Position numbers and translations under genes: made by a program. A DNA stretch of 56,309 nucleotides from Candidatus Saccharimonadota bacterium. Lineage in GTDB: Bacteria; Patescibacteriota; Saccharimonadia; Saccharimonadales; JAQGHD01. Below are positions 45,120 through 54,101 of this stretch, in pieces. Location: the NCBI GenBank assembly GCA_028288965.1, contig JAQGHD010000013.1, forward strand, positions 1 to 56,309, in the 5' to 3' direction. The stretch's first letter is position 1, and each line of letters opens with the position of its first letter. A model generated the notes under the pieces. The model ran no database searches, was not told where the DNA came from, and saw only the letters and a list, made by a program, of their open reading frames with translations.

Positions 45120-46784
45120 TTAAAAATGATCGCGGACGTGACTAAAGCTGTAGTCCCAGCTGGCGGTGGCTTTTTTGTGAGGGTTAAAGATGCCTTGGGG
45201 ATCCATGATGTGCTTGGCCTCCTTGAAGAAATCCAGCACCTCGTGACCATACATTTCCTTCAGCCAAGGGCCCCGCACCAGGCCATCGTTATGTTCACCG
45301 GACAGTGAACCATGGTAGCTCAGCACCAGTTCGTTCACGGCTTTCATGGCTGGCTGCAATTTGCGGCGTTCCCGCGGATCTTCTAGTTTCATCAGTGGGA
45401 TAATGTGGAAGTTGCCATCGCCCATGTGCCCGGCCACCGTGGCAAATAGTTTGTAGCGCCGCACGATTTTGCGCAGTCGCGGCAAAAACTCTGCCAAATA
45501 CGGCGGGTTAACTACTAGGTCGTCAATGAATGGGGCGGTGTGCTTGTCTTTGACTTTGCTTCTAAGCAGTTGAAAGCTGTAGCGGCGCATCAGCCAAAAC
45601 TTTTCGGATTTGCCTTCTGTAGGATCTTCTTCAAAGCCGTTTATTTCGTAGCGGGCCTTGAAGTGCTTGAGATCTTTATGCAGCGCCTGGACTTTGTCGC
45701 GGACTTCTTGCTCGGTGTCGCCATTAAACTCCACCATCAGGATTAGTTTAGGAATGCCGCGCAGCAGTTGCAGACCATCAGGAATAAGGGTGATCAGCAA
45801 GTGAATAAAGCGCTTTGGTCCCAGTAATTTTAAGAAGCTCGGCATAAAGCGGATAGATAACCACAGCGTTTGATCATCAAAGGATTCAAAGGTAGCCGGC
45901 TTGTGCTCCAGCACCTTGGGAATCAATTCGCCGAGATCGTTCATATTATGCATAAACAATACTAGCAGCCCAGAATGGGCCCGTTTTGGGACGAGCCTAA
46001 GGTGAATATCGGTGGTTAGTCCCAGGGTGCCTTGGGCGCCCACGATGAGTTTGGTCAGGTCAAACACGCCGGTTTCACGGTCCCAGACATCCCACAAGTT
46101 ATAACCCGTGGAGTTTTTACTTACGTGCGGTTTGGCGGCTTTGATTTTGTCATAATTATCGTCTACCAGCTTAAAGATTTTGCGGTAAACGTCGCCCTCA
46201 AAGTCCTTTTGCTTAAGTTTTGTTTGCAGGACCGGGCCTTTAAGCGGTTTGACGGTCCGTTCCACGCCGTCGGCAAAGACAAACTTTAGCTCGGTTACAA
46301 AATTCTCGGTCTTGCCAAATTCCAGGGATTTTTCACCGCCGCTATTGTTATTGACCATGCCGCCTATCGTGCAGAGGTCTCGGCTGGCCGGGTAACTGGG
46401 CATCAGGGCGTGGTGCCTCAGTGTGGCTGCTTCGAAGTCGCGGTAAAAGACGCCGGGCTGGGCGTGGCCATCGGTGGCCGAGACGTGCTCGATCCGGGTA
46501 AAATACTTATTAAAGTCCACAATGATGGAATCGTTAATGGCCCCACCGGACATATCGGTGCCGGCGCTGCGGGCGGTAAGGCTTAGGTGCGGTTGCTGTT
46601 TTTTAAGCTGAGCGACCATGGACACAAGGCGTTGAACATCTTTGGCATCGTGCGGAAACACGACCAGCTGTGGCCGAATTTCAAACAGGCTGGCATCGTG
46701 GCTATATTTTTCCTTGGCCTCGGCAGAGTCGTCAAAATCACCCGTAAAACCGGCTGCCACCAGTTTTTGTTTGAAATCATCCAT
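45120..46784 (-). CDS. FAD-binding oxidoreductase (FAD-linked oxidase, GlcD / D-lactate dehydrogenase-like)
   Basis: PCMH-type FAD-binding N-domain (VVFPHDAKDVQRLV..LTARSAGTDMSGG) and a C-terminal FAD-oxidase domain (GSLSGEHNDG). Confidence 0.8.
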   Translation of the reverse strand: MDDFKQKLVAAGFTGDFDDSAEAKEKYSHDASLFEIRPQLVVFPHDAKDVQRLVSMVAQLKKQQPHLSLTARSAGTDMSGGAINDSIIVDFNKYFTRIEHVSATDGHAQPGVFYRDFEAATLRHHALMPSYPASRDLCTIGGMVNNNSGGEKSLEFGKTENFVTELKFVFADGVERTVKPLKGPVLQTKLKQKDFEGDVYRKIFKLVDDNYDKIKAAKPHVSKNSTGYNLWDVWDRETGVFDLTKLIVGAQGTLGLTTDIHLRLVPKRAHSGLLVLFMHNMNDLGELIPKVLEHKPATFESFDDQTLWLSIRFMPSFLKLLGPKRFIHLLITLIPDGLQLLRGIPKLILMVEFNGDTEQEVRDKVQALHKDLKHFKARYEINGFEEDPTEGKSEKFWLMRRYSFQLLRSKVKDKHTAPFIDDLVVNPPYLAEFLPRLRKIVRRYKLFATVAGHMGDGNFHIIPLMKLEDPRERRKLQPAMKAVNELVLSYHGSLSGEHNDGLVRGPWLKEMYGHEVLDFFKEAKHIMDPQGIFNPHKKATASWDYSFSHVRDHF

Positions 46785-46855
46785 TTATAAAAGTTTAACC
46801 CGCCACTCAATTGCTAGCAAGCCGCTAACGCTTACGGTACAATTGTCCATAAGAT

Positions 46856-48052
46856 ATGACGGCTCATCCCAAACACGTTTTAATCGTCGGCGCTGGCTTT
46901 GCTGGGGTAAAAACAGCTCTGGACTTATGTGACGACGAGCGTTTTAAAGTTACGCTTGTCTCAGACCGGCCTACCTTTCGGTACTACCCCACGCTGTATC
47001 ACACGGCTACCGGCGGATCAGATCGGCAATCCCATATTCCACTGACCACTATTTTTAAGGACCACCACGTAGAAGTGGTTATCGCTAGCGCCAAAAAAAT
47101 CGACCGAAACAAAAAGATTTTGACTACCGCTGACGGCCAAAAGATCAGTTACGACGTTATTGTTTTGGCCCTAGGTGTGGTAACTAATTACTTTGGTATC
47201 AAAGGGCTCAAGGAATATTCGTTTGGCATAAAGTCCACCGAAGACGCCACTGAACTTAAGCACCATTTGCATGAACAACTGATTAGTCAGCACCAACCAG
47301 ACCTTAACTACATTGTGGTTGGGGGCGGTCCGACCGGCATTGAACTGTCTAGCTCATTGCGGCCCTACTTAAAGCGAATCATGGCCAACCACGGTATTCG
47401 TCACCGAGCCATTCATGTAGATTTAATTGAGGCAGCGCCACGTTTGCTGCCATTGATGCCTAAGAAAATGTCTCGCGTGGTTAGCCGTCGGTTGCGGCGC
47501 CTGGGCGTCAAGCTATACCTGGGTCAAGCCGTACAGGGCGAAACGGCCGATAGCCTGATGGTCAGCGGCAAGCCAATCACCAGCCACACAGTTGTTTGGA
47601 CAGCCGGGGTTACCAACCACCCATTTTTTAGTGCGAACGGTTTTGATATTACTGCTAAGGGCAAAGTGTTAACCGATCAATACCTGCAAGCCAGCCAAGA
47701 TGTGTTTGTTTTGGGCGATAACGCCTACACCAAGTACAGCGGCCTAGCCCAAACTGCCGTGACCGATGCCAAATATTTAGCCAAACAGCTCAAGCGCCAA
47801 GCCGACGGCAAGGTAATGCGTGACTATAAGCCTAAACGCCCCATTTATGTCATTCCGGTGGGGCCAAACTTTGCGGCCGTGTTATGGGGCAAAGTAGAAC
47901 TTTACGGTTGGTTAGGCTGGGTGCTGCGCGAAGTGGCTGATTTTGTAGCTTTTCATGACATCGAAAAACTGCTGCCGGCCAGCAAGCAGTGGCTGAGTGA
48001 GTTTGACGAACAAGACGACTGCCCAGAATGCGCTAAAGCTGGCGCTAGCTAA
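46856..48052 (+). CDS. ndh: type II NADH:quinone oxidoreductase (NDH-2)
   Basis: Two dinucleotide folds, VLIVGAGFAGV and IVVGGGPTGIELS, plus VFVLGDNA. Confidence 0.8.
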   Translation: MTAHPKHVLIVGAGFAGVKTALDLCDDERFKVTLVSDRPTFRYYPTLYHTATGGSDRQSHIPLTTIFKDHHVEVVIASAKKIDRNKKILTTADGQKISYDVIVLALGVVTNYFGIKGLKEYSFGIKSTEDATELKHHLHEQLISQHQPDLNYIVVGGGPTGIELSSSLRPYLKRIMANHGIRHRAIHVDLIEAAPRLLPLMPKKMSRVVSRRLRRLGVKLYLGQAVQGETADSLMVSGKPITSHTVVWTAGVTNHPFFSANGFDITAKGKVLTDQYLQASQDVFVLGDNAYTKYSGLAQTAVTDAKYLAKQLKRQADGKVMRDYKPKRPIYVIPVGPNFAAVLWGKVELYGWLGWVLREVADFVAFHDIEKLLPASKQWLSEFDEQDDCPECAKAGAS

Positions 48053-49358
48053 GCAGGTCAATCATCAGCGCCGCGGTCCAGGAAAAGTTATCAGTGCCAG
48101 CCGGGGAGCCGTCAAGTGGCGAAAAATATTCATAAAATCCGCTTTGACTTACCAGCTCTAGGCTGGCTTGACGCACGGCTGTGGCTTCTTCTTTAAAGCC
48201 ATAGCGCTCTAAGCCATCAATAATTAACCAATTGGTATTAATCCAGGTTGGGCCTTGCCAATAGCCATGATCTTTAAACCATGGGGAATTAATTGGCACA
48301 CTCGGTACTGGGTACTTAGGGCCATACAGCTTACGGCTATGTAGTAGTTTGACTAATTGAGCGGCACGTTCTTTAGTGATAGATCCAGCGTACAGCGGCA
48401 TGAGGGTACCAATACTCGGCTCTTTTATTAGCTTATGGGTCACAAAGTTACGGGGGTAGTATTGTTCGCTATAGGCGTCCCAGAGCTGCTCCAGAGTTTC
48501 TTCGCCTTTGCGCATGCTTTCCAGCAATTCTTTAGGCAGTTCGCGGTCGATTATTTTGGCAATACTGCGCAAATGGTGGTTAGCTCGAATAAGTATGCAG
48601 TTAAAGGTGAGGTCTTCTATGGCAAAAAAGGAGTGGGTGAGGATTTTGTCTATGTCGTAGGCTTTGCGTCGCAAACGGTGCTGGACCGAATATAATCCCA
48701 GCGCATCGCTGGTATTTAAGCGCTGGCCAGGCATGACGTAATGTGTGTCGCGGCGGAGCAGGGTAAGGGGCTTATCCAAGCCGAGCTTACTTATCATGCG
48801 AATCCAAAAAGATAGTTGGTGATCGTGCATTTCCTGCATCCACGGTGGGGTGTTATCTAAGCCGGTTTCCCATGGATGTACCTGCAGTACCAAGCCCTCG
48901 CGGTGTGGGTCGCGCTCGCGGTATAGCCACTCATGATATGCCAGTAGCGCCGGAAACATGGTTTGGTACCAGGTGCGCATCTCAGGCTTGCTGAGTTTTT
49001 TGCCAATGCGAACCACGGCTTCGGCCAGCATGGGCGGCTGAGTAATACCGCTGGTAGAAAAGTGATCAGGAGCGTACGGATTCAGCCAGCTGCGCCAGAT
49101 GTTTCTGTCGCGCCAGTGAGCTTCCCCTTCCGTAAAAATTTGGTGAGGCAACATGCCATTGGCCCATTGTCCACGGGTGAGACTTTTTAATTCTTTTTGT
49201 GCACGCTCCATATCGAAGTGGCGCAGCCCAATAGCAATAAAGCAACTATCCCATAGCCATTGGTGTGGGTAGAGCCTATCAGCCGGAATGGTGTGGGTCT
49301 TACGCTCATTTTTTTCCAGAACTGCTTTGGCCTCTTCGAGCAGCGTCTGGTTATTCAT
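48045..49358 (-). CDS. GH63 / MGH1-like six-hairpin glycoside hydrolase
   Basis: YPHQWLWDSCFIAIG, HPWETGLDN and GYWQGPTWIN motifs. The start is placed at the ATG at 49358 (MNNQTLLEE); the ORF track extends to 49484. Confidence 0.6.
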   Translation of the reverse strand: MNNQTLLEEAKAVLEKNERKTHTIPADRLYPHQWLWDSCFIAIGLRHFDMERAQKELKSLTRGQWANGMLPHQIFTEGEAHWRDRNIWRSWLNPYAPDHFSTSGITQPPMLAEAVVRIGKKLSKPEMRTWYQTMFPALLAYHEWLYRERDPHREGLVLQVHPWETGLDNTPPWMQEMHDHQLSFWIRMISKLGLDKPLTLLRRDTHYVMPGQRLNTSDALGLYSVQHRLRRKAYDIDKILTHSFFAIEDLTFNCILIRANHHLRSIAKIIDRELPKELLESMRKGEETLEQLWDAYSEQYYPRNFVTHKLIKEPSIGTLMPLYAGSITKERAAQLVKLLHSRKLYGPKYPVPSVPINSPWFKDHGYWQGPTWINTNWLIIDGLERYGFKEEATAVRQASLELVSQSGFYEYFSPLDGSPAGTDNFSWTAALMIDLLS

Positions 49359-49454
49359 GGCTTTAGTATACATGAGCTTTATGGTAAAGCTGCTTATGCT
49401 TGCGAGCATTCTGTAGACTGCTATGCTAAGACTAAGCAAAAAGGAGGGAAGATC

Positions 49455-49589
49455 ATGGCAGAATTTAGTGGCACGATAGGGCATCTAGATGAGATTGAAT
49501 CACCTTGGGGAAATGCTGGCGGGGTAGTCAAAACGCTAGAAGATGTTGACCGACTTTTATCTGATTTAGCAGTTATCGGTAGTTCGTAA
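49455..49589 (+). pseudogene. 44-codon N-terminal remnant of a class-1 dihydroorotate-dehydrogenase-like TIM-barrel gene
   Basis: AGGAGGG SD 7 nt before the ATG. ESPWGNAGGVVKTLEDVDRL resembles the N-P-x-x-N-A-[SG]-G...T-x-E-D-L N-terminal strand of DHOD-like enzymes. It ends inside the 3' end of yajQ. Confidence 0.4.
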
Positions 49590-50070
49590 AAGCAATAGGA
49601 AAATCAAAGTCCTGGCCCTTAAGTAGCTGCATGACGGCTTGCAAATCGTCCTTTGCGGGGCTCATAACTCGCACGCTGTCGCCCTGAATCTGCGTTTTGA
49701 CCTTGGGCAGCTTGTCGCGGACCAGTGAGGTAATTTTCTTGGCTTTTTCTTGGTCTAGGCCTTGTTTGAAAGGCACTTCTTTAGTGGTCTGTATATTGTT
49801 GGTGGCTGACTCCTTGGTATCGTCTATGACTTTCTGGCTTTGGCCGCGGGTGGCCAGTTTTTTACGGACAATGTCTAAGATGGCATCAATTTGCCAGTCG
49901 CCGCTGCCGGTAACTTTTAGCCCGGTTTTATCGGCATCCAGCCAATCCAGCGCCGCTGGAGTGTTCTTAAAATCATAGCGATTGTCTATTTCGCGCCGTG
50001 TCTGGTCAAAGACGTTGTTCATCTCGGCCTTGTCGTATTCGCTGACTACATCAAAACTAAAATTTGCCAT
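49573..50070 (-). CDS. yajQ: YajQ family nucleotide (c-di-GMP)-binding protein
   Basis: MANFSFDVVSEYDKAEMNNVFDQTRREIDNRYDFK is a UPF0234 hallmark. Confidence 0.9.
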   Translation of the reverse strand: MANFSFDVVSEYDKAEMNNVFDQTRREIDNRYDFKNTPAALDWLDADKTGLKVTGSGDWQIDAILDIVRKKLATRGQSQKVIDDTKESATNNIQTTKEVPFKQGLDQEKAKKITSLVRDKLPKVKTQIQGDSVRVMSPAKDDLQAVMQLLKGQDFDFPIAFTNYR

Positions 50071-50074
50071 AATC

Positions 50075-50512
50075 TTATTTTAACTCCAAATGTTGCACAA
50101 TGTCAGTGTGGAGCGTCTGAATGTTCTCATAGGCAACATCACTAACATCGGGCTGATCCACTAAGCCTTGATCAATATACGGCAGTTTAACGTCCGCTTT
50201 ATGGGCTAAAATGAGGCGTTTTTTAGCGTGAAAAGCAAAGCCCAGTTCAAACTGCTGACCGGCTGAGATTTTTTCACCAATAAGAGCCACTATCACATCT
50301 GATTTAAGAATTTCATCGATATCTTGGTTAAAACCTTCGCTGGGTGAGACATTTTTAAGTATCCAGTTATCTGTCCGTGGAGCACAGAAAACTTTATGAC
50401 CAGCCTCTTCCAAAACTGCAATAACCGCTTCTAGATCATGCCGATAGGCAGCGTTAACACTACCGTCTGCAGAAATTTCTGATGAGTATGAGACCGAGAG
50501 AAATATGTTCAT
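50075..50512 (-). CDS. nucleoside 2-deoxyribosyltransferase-like small Rossmann protein
   Basis: Size and the ...SDVIVALIGEKISAGQQFELGFA... pattern, with Glu in the E-L/I-G motif. Confidence 0.35.
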   Translation of the reverse strand: MNIFLSVSYSSEISADGSVNAAYRHDLEAVIAVLEEAGHKVFCAPRTDNWILKNVSPSEGFNQDIDEILKSDVIVALIGEKISAGQQFELGFAFHAKKRLILAHKADVKLPYIDQGLVDQPDVSDVAYENIQTLHTDIVQHLELK

Positions 50513-50541
50513 GGCTTATCTGGTACAATTTAGCATAGATT

Positions 50542-51579
50542 ATGAGTTATCAGAACAAGCAAATTGCCGAAGTTGCGGAGCTTTTAACGCAGCGTGTCCA
50601 AGCGCTCAAAGATAAGCACACCATATTACGTGCGATTGAGCTTAAAGCTTTGTATGACCAAATCCCCACGCTGCCACCCGCCGAACGCGGCAGCTTTGGC
50701 AAAGAAGTTAATGCGCTTAGAGCTGAGCTGCAAGTGCTCGTCGAAGCTGGTGCGGCCGAAACCCAAAAATTACCGCCAATTGATGTCACGGCGCCGTTTG
50801 ACGTTAATGTGCCGCCGCTCAAGCGCCCGCGCCCGGTAGATGCTCGGGTGGGCAGCATCCATCCGCTGATGAGTGAGCTAGAAAGAATCCTAGACATCTT
50901 TGCTCGCATGGGCTTTGCCGCAGTAGAATCTCGCCAGCTAGACGATGATTACCACATGTTCGAAACACTGAACTTCCCGGAAGGTCACCCGGCCCGGGAC
51001 GATTACGACACTTTCATGACCACCGAAGGCCTGATTGCCCCGGCGCATACCAGCACTATGCAACACCGCGTGCTCAAGCAGTACAAGGCTAATTTGTTGA
51101 ATGACCGAGCCATTAGCGTAGTAATTCCTGGCCGAGTGTTTCGTAACGAAGACCTTGACGCTCGCCACGAGCACACCTTTTACCAATTGGAAGGTGTCTA
51201 CGTGGACAAAAACATCCATGCTGGCCACCTAATCGCCACCCTCAAGACGTTTCTGCAAGAGTATTACGAGCAGGAGCTGGAGGTTAAGACTCAGCCATTC
51301 TACTTTCCGTTTACCGAACCGAGCTTTGAATTTGCCCTCAGCTGCCCGTTCTGCCAAAAGAAGGGCTGCAATGTCTGTAGCTACAGCGGCTGGATAGAAC
51401 TATTGGGCTGCGGCCTGATTCACCCTAATGTGCTCAAAATGGCCGGCATTGACCCCAAACTCTACACTGGTTTTGCCTGGGGCGGCGGCATCGACCGACT
51501 AGTTATGATGAAGCACGACATAGAAGACATTCGGCATTTTGAAAGCGGCCGCCTAGACTTTTTGAGGCAGTTTTCATGA
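50542..51579 (+). CDS. pheS: phenylalanine--tRNA ligase alpha subunit
   Basis: Class II motifs (HPLMSELERI, FRNEDLDARHEHTFYQLEG, GWAWGGGIDRL-type). Confidence 0.95.
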   Translation: MSYQNKQIAEVAELLTQRVQALKDKHTILRAIELKALYDQIPTLPPAERGSFGKEVNALRAELQVLVEAGAAETQKLPPIDVTAPFDVNVPPLKRPRPVDARVGSIHPLMSELERILDIFARMGFAAVESRQLDDDYHMFETLNFPEGHPARDDYDTFMTTEGLIAPAHTSTMQHRVLKQYKANLLNDRAISVVIPGRVFRNEDLDARHEHTFYQLEGVYVDKNIHAGHLIATLKTFLQEYYEQELEVKTQPFYFPFTEPSFEFALSCPFCQKKGCNVCSYSGWIELLGCGLIHPNVLKMAGIDPKLYTGFAWGGGIDRLVMMKHDIEDIRHFESGRLDFLRQFS

Positions 51580-54101
51580 AGGTTAGCCTCAATTGGATGG
51601 AGCAAGTCTCGCCGGTCAAGTTGGCACCGGATGGCATTGATACGTTGGTAGAAAAAATCGGCGCCCAGTTGGGTGCGGTAGAAGAAGTGGTTGACCTCGG
51701 GGCCAAGTACAAAGGCATTGTGGTAGCCAAGGTGGTTGCTTGCGTCAAACACCCCAATGCCGATAAGCTCAGCCTCTGCCTGATTGATGACGCTGGTGTA
51801 ACCAAGCACGTCAAACGTGACCCTAAAGGTCTGGTGCAAGTGGTTTGCGGCGCACCCAACGTCAAGGCCGGCATGTTGGTGGCTTGGTTGCCCCCCGGCG
51901 TGACGGTGCCCAGCACCATAGATAAAGAACCACTGGTGCTCGAGGCCCGGGATATTCGCGGGCAGGTTAGCAACGGCATGCTGGCTAGCGCCCACGAGCT
52001 GGGTATTAGCGATGACCACAGCGGTATATTAGAAATCACCGAACCTGGCGCCAAGCCCGGACAGGCCTTTATGTATGTCTACGGCCTCAACGATTACATC
52101 ATTGATATAGAGAACAAAATGTTCACTCACCGCCCGGATCTTTTTGGGCAGCTGGGCGTAGCCCGCGAGATTGCCGGTATTGAGCACCAAAAATTTAGCT
52201 CACCTAAGTGGTACAGTGGGCAAAACAGCTTTGTGACCAGTGAAGATTCTAAAATAAAGGGTCTAGAAGTAGTTAACGAAGTACCGGACCTCTGCCAGCG
52301 CTATATGGCCATCGTGGTTAGTGGGATAAAGGTTGGGCCCAGCCCCATGTGGCTGCAAAGCTACCTTGCTCGAGTCGGCATTCGCCCTATCAACAACATC
52401 GTGGACATGACCAACTACATAATGATGCTGACTGCTCAGCCCTTGCACGCCTTTGATTTTGATAAAGTGGCCGTCAACGGCAAGGCCAAGATTGTGGTTC
52501 GCAATCCGCGGAAGGGCGAGAAAATGACGCTGCTAGATGGCCGCACTATTGAACCGCGCAAAGACGCGGTGCTAATTTGTGATGCTGATAAGCCGATTGC
52601 ACTGGGTGGAGTCATGGGCGGCAGTGGCTCAGAAATAGGCCCGAACACCACGCGCATCATTATAGAGTGCGCCACTTTTGATATGTACAACATCCGTAAA
52701 ACGGCCATGGAACACGGCATTTTTACCGACGCCGTTACGCGCTTTACTAAGGGCCAGTCGCCACTGCAGTGCCCGCCGGTACTCTATAAAGCCGTCCAAA
52801 TGACCAAAGAGTTGTGCCCCGAAGCTATGCCCATTGGCAAGGTAGCTGACCAGTACAAAAAATTGCCGGAGCCGGAGGCCGTGGAAGTCACCGCCGAGTT
52901 TATCAATGCCCGACTGGGGCTAGAGCTGAGCGCCACGGAAATGGCCCAGCTACTAGAAAATGTGGAATTTGAAGTGGATCACAAAAACGGCAAACTCACT
53001 GTAGCAGCGCCGTTTTGGCGGACGGACATTGCTATCCCAGAGGACGTGGTGGAAGAAATTGGCCGGCTGTACGGCTATGATCATCTTCCGCTAGTACTGC
53101 CCAAACGTGATTTAACCCCAGTCAAACCCGAACCGCTGCTGAGCTTTAAGAGCCAGCTGCGTCATGCTCTGCGCCGGGTAGGCGCCAATGAAGTCTTGAC
53201 CTACAGTTTTGTCCACGAAGAGTTACTAAAAAAAGTCGGCCAGGATCCCAAGTATGCCTATAAACTCAGCAACGCCCTTAGCCCGGAGTTGCAATATTAC
53301 CGCCTCAGTTTGTTGCCCAGTTTGTTGGAAAAAGTGCATCCCAATATTAAAGCCGGTTACGATGAGTTCGCATTATATGAAATAAACAAAGTGCATGATA
53401 AGTCCCAAACCGATAAACAAGGTTTGCCTATAGAAGATGAACGCCTAGCGCTGGTCTGGACCGCCAACCCCAAGGCTGCCGCGGCCACCTATCATGGTGC
53501 AGCCTACTACCAGGCTCGCTTGTATGTAACTGATTTGCTGCAAAGCTTAGGCATTAGCCCCGTGTTTCAGCCACTTGACCAAGTAGCTAAGCAAACTGTC
53601 AGCGAGCAGCAGTCAGCCTTAGCCTTTGAACCCACCCGGAGTGCCTATATTAAAACAGCCAACGGTGAGCCCATAGGCCTCATTGGCGAGTTTAGGGCTA
53701 AGGTAGCCCAGAGCCTAAAACTGCCAAACTTGACTGCTGGCTTTGAGCTTGATACGGCGCTGCTTATGAAGTTGGCCAATCCGTCCACGCGTTACCTGCC
53801 AATACCACGTTATCCCAAAGTTACCCAAGATATTTCCCTCAAAGTTCCAACAAAATTAACCTATCAGCAAGTGTACGATTTTGTCTGGAACGAACTAACT
53901 AAAATTCAACCGCCCGACACGCTGCCAAGCCTTAGTCCGGTCGACATTTATCAAAGCCAAGATGATAAAACGCACAAGAACATAACGCTTCGTCTTAGTA
54001 TTGCCTCATATCAACGAACGCTCACCGATACCGAAGTTAATGCGCTTTTAGATCAAGTTGCGCAGGCTGCCAAAACCAAGCTTGGTGCCGAACGACTTTA
54101 A
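51576..54101 (+). CDS. pheT: phenylalanine--tRNA ligase beta subunit
   Basis: ATGA overlap with pheS. tRNA-binding, B3/B4, B5 and FDX-ACB domain order. 841 aa. Confidence 0.95.
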   Translation: MKVSLNWMEQVSPVKLAPDGIDTLVEKIGAQLGAVEEVVDLGAKYKGIVVAKVVACVKHPNADKLSLCLIDDAGVTKHVKRDPKGLVQVVCGAPNVKAGMLVAWLPPGVTVPSTIDKEPLVLEARDIRGQVSNGMLASAHELGISDDHSGILEITEPGAKPGQAFMYVYGLNDYIIDIENKMFTHRPDLFGQLGVAREIAGIEHQKFSSPKWYSGQNSFVTSEDSKIKGLEVVNEVPDLCQRYMAIVVSGIKVGPSPMWLQSYLARVGIRPINNIVDMTNYIMMLTAQPLHAFDFDKVAVNGKAKIVVRNPRKGEKMTLLDGRTIEPRKDAVLICDADKPIALGGVMGGSGSEIGPNTTRIIIECATFDMYNIRKTAMEHGIFTDAVTRFTKGQSPLQCPPVLYKAVQMTKELCPEAMPIGKVADQYKKLPEPEAVEVTAEFINARLGLELSATEMAQLLENVEFEVDHKNGKLTVAAPFWRTDIAIPEDVVEEIGRLYGYDHLPLVLPKRDLTPVKPEPLLSFKSQLRHALRRVGANEVLTYSFVHEELLKKVGQDPKYAYKLSNALSPELQYYRLSLLPSLLEKVHPNIKAGYDEFALYEINKVHDKSQTDKQGLPIEDERLALVWTANPKAAAATYHGAAYYQARLYVTDLLQSLGISPVFQPLDQVAKQTVSEQQSALAFEPTRSAYIKTANGEPIGLIGEFRAKVAQSLKLPNLTAGFELDTALLMKLANPSTRYLPIPRYPKVTQDISLKVPTKLTYQQVYDFVWNELTKIQPPDTLPSLSPVDIYQSQDDKTHKNITLRLSIASYQRTLTDTEVNALLDQVAQAAKTKLGAERL

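Noticed and set aside
50513-50541. T-box leader upstream of pheS
   Set aside because: Only 29 nt separate pheS from the upstream divergent gene, which is far too short for a T-box.
51462-52054. Long antisense ORFs inside pheT (183-185 aa), with similar ones inside cyoB (24955-25428), the histidine kinase (9760-10242) and other genes
   Set aside because: They lie wholly within well-supported genes on the opposite strand and have low-complexity, biased composition. These are typical shadow ORFs.
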